NCBI GenBank assembly: GCA_002633005.1
Contig: NMRA01000288.1
Coordinates: 491,906 to 551,184 of the forward strand
DNA length: 59,279 bases
Direction of reading: 5' to 3'
Source: Phoronis australis
Taxonomy: Eukaryota; Animalia; Phoronida
Below the pieces are notes generated by a model. It had not been told where the DNA came from and ran no database searches. It saw only the letters and a list, made by a program, of their open reading frames with translations. The translations under genes were made by a program, and so were the position numbers. Below are positions 49,650 to 59,279 of this stretch, in pieces (the stretch's first letter is position 1; each line of letters opens with the position of its first letter).

Positions 49650-50382
49650 GGATCAAAGCGCCACCTGCTGTAATCAAACATATACTGGCGAGACCTCTAG
49701 AAATTTTAAATATCGCATCAAGGAACGTCAGACAGAGGTTGTGGCGGTGAATCTTAGCAAGTTTTTCACCACAGCCAATAAAAATTCTTTGCAATAACGC
49801 CTGTATTTTTCTTGGCAGCCTTACCGCTTTGACGTTGAAATTAATCCAATGAGACCGGGTAAATTTGTGGCGTCTTCCTATTAGCAGTGCCGAATTGCTA
49901 TTTAGTCTAAGGCCTAAAACTCGTTTCAACCTGGGTAAGAAACAAAGTGTGACCGATTTTGCAACGGCAATAAGTGATCTAACTGAAAAGTTGTTTTTTG
50001 GCAGAAAGCTTAGCTTCCGTTCTCCTGTAAGAGGATACAAACCCGGTTTTGACCTATTAATAGATAGGCATACAAAAAACGGCTTTCCCATCCAGTTCTC
50101 TGAAACAATCCTCAGTAACTCTCCACAGCTCTCAAAAGTCCGGAGGAAAATTCGAAAACTCCTTTCATAGCCTGCTACACGGGCAAGCGTAACCTACGCT
50201 TTTAGCGAATTACACGGCAACTGTGGGAAAGACCACGTAGTAATGACCATAACATCCAATCTGTGACATACAGGTAGGGAGTATGCGTTTATAGTCTATT
50301 CCTGCCTTTAACTTGGAAGGTTGACGCCAACGATGCATTAGCACCAGAACGAGGCTTGGTTGAAGTCGTCAAAACAGACTCC

Positions 50383-50522
50383 CGTTCAGTAACGCTAGGA
50401 CCTCGTTAAATAGCAAGACTTTGCAAGATTACGTGAGATATTGCCGTGTATTTTAAATAACAGCACGTGACTTTGGCTAGATTTTAGCTAGGTCCTAGCA
50501 TAGGTCCTAGCGTTACTGAACG
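50383..50522. mobile_element. Short MITE-like inverted repeat
   Basis: 21-bp perfect inverted repeat CGTTCAGTAACGCTAGGACCT / AGGTCCTAGCGTTACTGAACG. Confidence 0.6.
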
Positions 50523-51002
50523 CACGCCAGGGTTTAGTATCTTTTTAACTAAGAAAATGCATCGAGCATGACTAAATCCGCGAAACTTCAAGGTACAAAG
50601 TTAAACATAGTTGTATATTTGTTCTGATTGAATATACCGTGGTTTGCAATGAAATCAGCAACTAGAGTACAGACGACCGCAAGGCAGTGTAAACAACATC
50701 CCCAGGATATGTCAACATCACAGAAAATCCCTGCGGCTGTTAGCATAGACATACGTGAGATCGCCGCTTTGGCATAAGACTATAGAATTTTTGCCCTGGA
50801 ATGCCAACTCCTGCACGTGACCAATGTATTATTATTATTAGAGCATGCGACCCCGAGACTAGCCGCGAGAGTTTGCACGGAGAATTGCCTACTGTCAGCT
50901 CGACTCAGTTTTGATCGAGTGTTGGAGCTACCAAATCAAGCCTAATTTCAACGTTTAGTTTTTATTTTGATATTTTTGTTCATCAAGCGAAATTCTTGAG
51001 TT

Positions 51003-51012
51003 TGTGTGTGTT

Positions 51013-51070
<58 letters not shown>
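51003..51070 (+). repeat. (GT)n microsatellite
   Basis: About 30 GT units. Confidence 0.95.
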
Positions 51071-51074
<4 letters not shown>

Positions 51075-51302
51075 CTACGTGTGCATGTATTATTACTGTT
51101 TTCAATTGTTTCATGTAATGATTAATTTGGGCAATGTTCACCTGTTGCCTGTCGCCGAGATACCTTTTCCTAATTCAATTTCTGAGCAGTGAATATTATC
51201 TGTAGTATTTACCTAATATATACCCATGAAATACAATTTAAAAAATGAAAAGATTACCTTGTAAACAATCCAATCCAGTACTTTGTGTTGCTGACAGCGT
51301 AA

Positions 51303-51576
51303 CATGCGCGCACCCAGCCTTCAACATGGGGAGGCTCGAATTCCTCCCGATGTGGACCTTTTATTAAAAAATAGTCGGTCGACTAAAAAAAAGAAGAAAA
51401 GAGTTCCACAATCGGAGCTGTACGTGCTGCAAATTGCGCGTTTTCATCTTTTTACTGGACTTTTATCTCGTTTTCTCGGACTTTTTGTTTCTACGAGGCG
51501 GACCTTTTTGCCCACTTCGCCAAATGGGGGGGCTCGTTCGAGCACCCCGAGCCCCATCCCCCTGGGTGCGCGCATG
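51303..51576. mobile_element. MITE with 5-bp TSD
   Basis: CATGCGCGCACCCAG...CTGGGTGCGCGCATG; CGTAA on both sides. Confidence 0.8.
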
Positions 51577-52734
51577 CGTAAATTGCACTTTCAAATAGTC
51601 CCGCTCTTGGCGGACTGCTCCACTTTTTTAATTTTTCCCGCCATCTCGCCAGACCATCAAAATGTTCCGCTTTTTGACACACGGCGATACTGACATATTA
51701 TCATATACAACTGCAATTTCCCACGCGACATAGAACTGTTCCCCGTTCGAATAAAAAGGAACATTAAATTCATGGAGGTTTTGAGCCACCGCAACTGCTC
51801 ATTCCACTTAAAAAAGACGCCGTCGGGCGCCTTTTGGGTGCAACGCCTCTCGTTCGACAAAAACGCTGTCGGGACGTGTTTGTTTGTTGCGGCGATCATT
51901 TCAGCCTTGCTTTTTGACATAGGCCCAGATGTTTTGCTTTTTATCCGAATGGCCCGCTTTTCAAACAAGTTGTCCCGGTTTTTCATTCTCGAATCTTGAC
52001 AACTATGGAACAGGTGTTCATCTGTCTCTTTGTCATAAGCACTGGTATTTTCCAGAGTCCACTTTCTTTAGTAACATAACAATCGTAAAAATGTGTTCCG
52101 ATACCTGTTGTTTACGGTTTTACGGTAACGCACACTTCATGTATCTGGATTAGTACTAAGTTTTACTTTTTGAAGATATGACTTTATTTACAAGCTACTA
52201 TGGAAAGCCCTACACTGCTACTTATGTAATGATCTATCCACAGAACATGTTGAACCTACACAATAGATCTTTGCTCATTTTTTAACTATCAGGCAGCCTT
52301 TATCTGCAAATTCCGGATAGGTAGTTGGAGTAGTTAGTTAATCACATGTTCAGTGTAAATGTCACTGAATACTGAATGTCCAATTAATACGTAAAGATGT
52401 ATAATTTTTAATGAATGCCTGACTAAACTGTTCACAGAACCTGGAGGATCCATATTATAAAATCTTTGTCGTCATAGAGAAGAAATCTTTGGTGAATCAT
52501 TGAAATTATTTCCTTGCTGGTTCAACTAATCATTTACATAACCTCTCTGGTTCATTTCGTTTTTGTGTTTCTCTTTGGTAACACTTTTGGTTTTTAAAAT
52601 TAACAAGTATTTTTATACCAGTCAGGAATGCGAAAGTATGATTGTTTATGAATTAAATTATGCATCGTTTGCGTCTGCTTTAATCATACACCATCGGGAA
52701 CTGACGAAAGGCTTTATAATGACATGACTGTTAT

Positions 52735-55700
52735 CAGGAAGAGATAACTAGGAAGGGACAACTGTTTTAGCGCATTTTAACGTGTTTTCAAAAGTGATTT
52801 CAAAAGTAAATGTTAAAGTCGTCTGGAATCTAAGCATTGTGTTTGAAAGCTTAACTCTTTATCTATAAAATGACACCACTTTGGTCCCCAAAGACTGCAT
52901 ATTAATGCTTTGAACATGACATGTTTTACCCTTCCAAATGATGCCTCTTCCCAGGCATGTACTCGGGCATGATCCTCTTTTTTGAACCAACAGATGTCAC
53001 TAATATATACAAATGAGGCTCGCATGTCCTACGTCATATGACGTTATGCGACGTGAACACTCAGGTGCCTTGAAACGCAGTTCTACCTGACTGGGCAGAT
53101 CTAAGAAAATTAAGAACTCACACAAGTTAAAGAACATTGAATGGTTTCACATGAAAATACATTTAATTGTAATTGGATACGCTTGTATGTGTGTAAGCGT
53201 GGACTTCGTCATTTTGCTTAAATCCAGATTTAGAAGCAGGTGTTAGTCAAGAAATTAGCTGCTTCCGCCACGGTGGCCGGTGGCGTGGCGTCCGNNNNNN
53301 NNNNNNNNNNNNNNNNNNNNNNNNNNNNNNNNNNNNNNNNNNNNNNNNNNNNNNNNNNNNNNNNNNNNNNNNNNNNNNNNNNNNNNNNNNNNNNNNNNNN
53401 NNNNNNNNNNNNNNNNNNNNNNNNNNNNNNNNNNNNNNNNNNNNNNNNNNNNNNNGTTCTTCTTCAGTTGACGAAAACATTGCTATCGGCATAAAGAATG
53501 ACCGTGGGAAATTAATTTTGAGGTGGACACCTGTATCCAAGAATAAATATTAATACTCTGTAATATCTCACCCTCCGCGTTTCGTTTCTTTGACGTTGTT
53601 TGAGGTTGCGGTATCGTGACTGAAACAACGCCTTCGGGTGAGATAAATTCCACCGAATAACTGGAATTGGCTGCAGTTCTTTCCTTTAGAATGCCCGGAC
53701 TCAACTGTGCCGTTTTCTTGGCAAGTCTCTTGCCTGCCGAAATTTTTCTGAGCATTGAAGACATCGGCCTTCTCCTGCGCCAATCAACCTTATATCTGCT
53801 ACAGAAATGTTATGCCTAATTTTCTACCATTTTAGCACACTTTGTGGCTCTGCTACAATTAGAACTGCCATAATTGTGTTTCTTAATTCCGCCACAGTAT
53901 GCGTACTTGGAAGTTAGTTTTGCTAGGTGTTTTTTCCAAATTAAGCCACAACAGTTGTTCATCATTAAATGCCTCAGATTCCTCGACGCCATGGACATTT
54001 CCGTCAACACAAAACGCACTGGTGCTGCCTTACATTTTCACTGGCCACCTTGCTACAGGCGACTTGCGCAATAGCCGAATTAGTGTCCACAATTGTAGTC
54101 ACGTGCCAGGTACAGGCCCATGAGACGAGTTGCACTAGCAACAAATTCAGTACGAATCCATGAACCCTTTTATACGCACAATTAAATGCGCAAAACTGCT
54201 CCTGTATTTCTTAAACCTTTATAATTTAATGCTCAAGCTATACAACGAGTGCGTGTTGAAACACAACATTGACCTTGGACCAAAGATGGACTCCTTGCAT
54301 CAGGACCTTAGTAATCGGGGGGAGGGCGAGTGCCACCCCCCAAAAAATTGCATGCCTCAGGGTTAAACCGTGGCAACCGACAAAGGTGTGAGGCTGGTGA
54401 AAGACAAAAAAGAAAGACTTCGAATACTGATCAGAGAAAAAACTCAAGAGAACTTTGATAACTCGGTATCAATGTATGGTTTACCATTTGAGGGCCCTGG
54501 CCAGGACAATTGTTGTTAGGGTCTCCGTTCTTGCAGCATAGGTCGTCTAAGCGCTCTTGAAAATGTGCAATAAATCATTCATACATGTATTTCGAAAATT
54601 CGAGAAAATTTGTAAAGCAAAAGTTTTGCGGAGCGTATTAATTCAGTCCAAGTTTTTCAGTGGTCCATAGGCAGTGCACTACAGGGGGGCTGAGGGGGCT
54701 TTAGCCCCCACTTTTTTCAGTGCTGCGCCCTCTGTACACCTCCGAAATGACACTGCCAACTACTCACGAGGGGAAGTTGAGATTCCAAATTCATCAAAAA
54801 CACAAAACATTCGTGCACAGCACAGAAGCTGTCTTGTAAGAAATGGCGATGCGTCACTGAACTTAGTTTAAGGCTGAAGGCTGACTTGCAAAAATTCGAT
54901 CCATCATCAGACCACCATATCGCAAAGAAGGACACTAAACGATAACAGTGATATTCATGAATGTATTGAATTAATAACTAGACTAAAGAAATTCAAAAAT
55001 TTACAAACCGTAGATCGAAAAAGAAGTTCAAGTCATTGCTCATAAATTTGGAAAGATTGTCTTTGCATTTCCTTGGTGCTTGTAGTTCCCAGTAGTATTG
55101 TGCAATGAATTTAGGTTCTTCTAAACCGAATCGTTTGCTTGACATTCCCGTGTATACTGCAAAGGCTGGACACGTCGTGACTCAGTGAAGCACCCACGTT
55201 AAAAATAAGGTCTAGTCATGCAGTAGGCTGCCCGCGTAGAATCCGCGCACATGTGATGACGGGAAAAGAACTTGAACTGCAGGGGTTGAAGTGAGTGCAT
55301 TTTTGGGACACGCGTTCCATAGTATTTTCCTTAGCCGCCTGTCAGAAGCTGGACCAGTGGCCGTGTTTCAACAAGGAATTTTGATACAGCTCTATAGGCC
55401 AAGGATTTCGGGATCATATCTTTCAAAAAATCATCAGGAAATGACCGTATTAAAATGAACTTTTCCCGAAACTGCCAGTGGGTCAAACAAAACGACCTTG
55501 GAGCCAGCCTAGGTTCGAGTTAAGCCGCACGTCTCAAATGAATCGTAGCGGAGCTGACCCGAGCGACTAGCATTAGTTCGTCGAATTGCGCAGTGAATCA
55601 TAGCGGAGCTGACCAGCGACTAGCATTAGTTCGTCGAATTGCGCATGCAAGGATCAGACTTCCCGGCGACTCGGACGCCACGCCACCGGCCACCGTGGCG

Positions 55701-57543
55701 GAAGCAGCTAATTTCTTGACTAACACCTGCTTCTAAATCTGGATTTAAGCAAAATGACGAAGTCCACGCTTACACACATACAAGCGTATCCAATTACAAT
55801 TAAATGTATTTTCATGTGAAACCATTCAATGTTCTTTAACTTGTGTGAGTTTTTAATTTTCTTAGATCTGCCCAGTCAGGTAGAACTGCGTTTCAAGGCA
55901 CCTGAGTGTTCAAATTGGAAGTTCGCGTCGTTTAACGTCATATGACGTAGGACATGCGAGCCTCATTTGTATATATTAATGACATCTGTTGGTTCAAAAA
56001 AGAGGATCATGCCCGAGTACATGCCTGGGAAGAGGCATCATTTGGAAGGGTAAAACATGTCATGTTCAAAGCATCCTAGTGCCATTAATATGCAGTCTTT
56101 GGGGACCAAAGTGGTGTCATTTTATAGATAAAGAGTTAACCTTTCAAACACAATGCTTAGATTCCAGACGACTTTAACATTTACTTTTAAAATCACTTTT
56201 GAAAACACGTTAAAATGCGCTAAAACAGTTGTCCCTTCCTAGTTATCTCTTCCTGCTGTTATGCAATTTGGTTGGAAAACGGCGGAGTTCCGAAAAGTTT
56301 TAGTGACAGTTAACTCCATAGGAATAACCAACACTAGATTTACTCGACTTTTCGCCTCCAACGGTTCAAGAAAAAATAATGGCGGCGGTCAATCTGGCTA
56401 GAGTTCGTTTCGTTTCGTCTATCAGACCTTTGCAAATAAGAAAGTCAATACAGCCAGGAACTTGACTGTATTATAGTCTTCCACGAAGCTGACAGCGCGT
56501 TGGCGGCTGGAACGGCAGTGTGTTTCCTACCTCCACCACAGAGCAGAATTCAAACCAGAATGACCTTATTCATGTATATGTAGTACTGAAGTGTATAAAT
56601 AAAAAATAAATGCATTATACCTGTAACAGCATNAAAGAAACGAAACGCGGAGGGTGAGATATTACAGAGTATTAATATTTATTCTTGGATACAGGTGTCC
56701 ACCTCAAAATTAATTTCCCACGGTCATTCTTTATGCCGATAGCAATGTTTTCGTCAACTGAAGAAGAACAGGAATCATAGACATCCCGCGCGCTCCGTCA
56801 ACACGATAGGTAGCCGCAGAAAGTTCCATGTTGACCTCATTCTAATTTTCTCTGCAATTGACCTATCGCAAGCTCCGCCCCCAAGCGTAATGTCGACTAA
56901 CAAACAATAAGTTTTACTCGGCAACGTGTTGTTTGTCGGGTAAAATGCCGGGTTGGAAACGAAGGTGTGTCGATAATGCTGCGTTCTAAATAGTCAGTTA
57001 AGCCTTCAATCAAAATTCTGGCGATAGGTCAATCCACAATCAGGAGACAAAAACAAATAGGGCTTGCTTAGCTGAAATTCAGAACTGCGGTCATGAGAGT
57101 GTTTTCACCTCCTGATTGCGACGAGTTAGCTGTGGTATCTTCATCAGCGCGTGCTCTCAGCTGGAGGTCACCGCTTTATCCACTCAGGCGCTCGACAACA
57201 ACTGACGAGTCTCAGAACTCTCACATGCAAATTTGATATGCAAATAAGGGAGTACTTGACTACTGCGCCATCTATACATCGACGGAAAAGCTAAAATACC
57301 CGTGACTGCGTGTGGGAATTTGCGATTGCGTGCGCTGAAGTCGATATTTTCAAAGTACAATTACACCACTGTTTAAGGTTGCAAAGTGAGTTTTTTTGAT
57401 ATCCTTCTATAGAAAAAGTTTTAATCTCTCTGATAAAATCATCTGTTTTCTTTTAAACGAAACTTAAATCCTGAAATTTGTCCGGGGAAGGAGGCCAAAA
57501 ACGGCGGTTTAGCTAGTTGTTCCTTCCTGGTTATCTCTTCCTG
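52735..57543. mobile_element. P-element-like TIR transposon with 7-bp TSD; assembly is a mosaic of two versions
   Basis: 29-bp TIR CAGGAAGAGATAAC(T/C)AGGAAGG(G/A)ACAACT at 52735 and, inverted, ending at 56255 and 57543; CTGTTAT at 52728-52734, 56256-56262 and 57544-57550. Superfamily inferred only from the CA..TG ends and TSD length. Confidence 0.7.
55540..55644 (+). repeat. Tandem duplication of about 55 bp inside the P-like element
   Basis: gaatc(g/a)tagcggagctgacc..agcgactagcattagttcgtcgaattgcgca occurs twice. Confidence 0.8.
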
Positions 57544-57909
57544 CTGTTATGCAATTTGGTTGGAAAACGGCGGAGTTCCGAAAAGTTTTAGTGACAGTTA
57601 ACTCCATAGGAATAACCAACACTGGATTTACTCGACTTTTCGCCTCCAACGGTTCAAGAAAAAATAATGGCGGCGGTCAATCAGGCTAGAGTTCCTCTCG
57701 TTTTGTCTATCAGACCTTTGCAAATAAGAAAGTCAATACAGCCAGGAACTTGACTGTATTATAGTCTTCCACGAAGCTGACAGCGCGTTGGCGGCTGGAA
57801 CGGAAGTGTGTTTTCCCACCTCCACCACAGAGCAGAATTCAAACCAGAATGACCTTATTCATGTATATGTAGTACTGAAGTGTATAAATAAAAAATAAAT
57901 GCATTATAC

Positions 57910-58182
57910 CTGTAACAGCATCTACCTCCTTCGACCTTACACTTTCGAATCCACGAAGAACTGTTTCAACTGTCACTCGATAAACCGTTCCAGGCGTGCA
58001 TTTACGACACTCTCCACTATTTCCTCGACCGCCATTGGAAACAATGGAACTGAAGCTCAGTCCGTTTTCATCCTCACAGTACAAGTTATACTGTTCCCAA
58101 TTTCCCGGAGCATCTGTCCATGTCACAAAAACTGAGCCGGTGGTGGTGTTGGACGCGTCAACGCCCGTTACCTTTGCTAGGG
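57910..58182 (-). CDS. Gene B FN3 exon, the most 5' one in this window; ALAKVTGVDASNTTTGSVFVTWTDAPGNWEQY...
   Basis: cactcAG acceptor and GTATAA donor; 273 nt, phase 1-1. Confidence 0.88.
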
Positions 58183-58737
58183 CTGAGTGGACAACAGATT
58201 TAAAGATAAACGTGTATCTAAAAAGGATGCAAAACATGCTTAATTTCCCCACTTACGGTAATTAAAATGGAGAGTTGTTTCAAAAAATACCTGGATTATA
58301 ATATAATCATCACCTGTTTTGTTCACTTTTCCTTAACAAGAATCACATTCCAATTAATTAAACCTATCTTTCAAAATCCTACTTCTAAGAAACGACTCCT
58401 TCGTCAATGTGCTCTTCCGCCACAAGGAACCTTCAAAGATAACTAGCTTCCAAATGATATCACGTACAATCTAGATCAGTAGCTTAACTGTTCACATTTT
58501 TTCTCTAATCATGACACTAACTTCACGGTAGAGGTTCTATTGATAAAATGGCGTGCGATTCAAGACATTTGATGGAACCTGTTGATAGCTCCTCATATAC
58601 TGCCGACTTCGTTCATTTACCGACTTTCTCTGTGTTTGTTAGCACCAGATATTGCAGCTACAATCGGTTTTCGTCAGCGACTGAGGTTCCCGCGTGGCGC
58701 TTGTATTCTCAAGTACACGGGAAGTTAGTAGACACCA

Positions 58738-59180
58738 AGGTCAAGGTTCAACGGGAGTGATGAGTACGTATACTGATAGACTCCTTGATCTTACGGAAAT
58801 GCCAGTTGGACTATCAGTAATGCTGAAGTTCTCCATAGAGACGGAATGGCTGCTCACGATCACGTGTTCACTGACAGCTTCTAGTTCTTTGAATCTGGTG
58901 TCTATATTACGTTTTTTCTCTCCTATATATGTGTGCGAGGAGTCTTGATCACACGAGATTTTTTGTTTGCCTGCAGGCGTAGGGACGTTGGATCTGACCA
59001 GTTGATTACATAACGTGTTCCCTGAATGCATAAATGACGATGTCAACTTTATTAGCAAAGAGTCTAATTGGCACTCAAGTAAGATCAAGGAATGTATCGA
59101 GATCCGTACGCAGCATTTCCCGTTGAACCGTGACCTGGGTGTTAACTTACCTCCCGTGTACATTCCACTATTACGGAAGA
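58738..59180. mobile_element. Penelope-like remnant with inverted arrangement
   Basis: On -: CDQDSSHTYIGEKKRNIDTRFKE..AVSEH. On +: NWHSSKIKECIEIR..FPLNRDLGVNLPPVY. Confidence 0.7.
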
Positions 59181-59279
59181 TTGCACGCGCGTGCAGTGTA
59201 TTGGTAATGGGGCTATTCGGTAAATCTGCAATAACTAGAGGGCGTGAGTGTACTAGTGGTGATAGATTAACAGCCTCGA

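Noticed and set aside
51132-51199. Possible small extra exon of gene B (AG...GT on the - strand)
   Set aside because: Length and phase do not fit the phase 1-1 series, and it has no FN3 features
30947-58182. Naming gene B as PTPRB/PTPRQ or tenascin
   Set aside because: No phosphatase, EGF or fibrinogen domain is visible, and FN3 similarity alone does not establish orthology

Overview
This is eukaryotic, probably marine-invertebrate, draft genomic DNA. It is AT-rich and intron-containing, with three N gaps and three single-N scaffold joins. Two convergent host genes can be rebuilt by hand from GT-AG splice sites with consistent phases. (1) A + strand 7-exon gene (1443-7453, about 433 aa) has an N-terminal ~245-aa helical domain patterned like a divergent F-BAR domain and a Ser/Pro-rich tail. 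(2) The 3' part of a - strand gene (58182 to 30947, 5' end outside the window) consists of eight phase-1 fibronectin type III exons, a transmembrane segment and a 12-aa cytoplasmic tail; it is expanding by exon duplication. The rest is a dense transposon landscape. It includes a young Mag-type Ty3/Gypsy element (identical 118-bp LTRs with unusual TG...CT ends, tRNA-Leu PBS, 4-bp TSD, one early stop codon) and several Penelope-like elements, some inverted and carrying variant hammerhead ribozyme motifs. Also present are two Academ transposons, a HERO-like and a CR1/L2-like LINE remnant, several MITEs, and a P-like element that appears in both orientations at one insertion site. All family calls come from reading motifs by eye; no searches were run.
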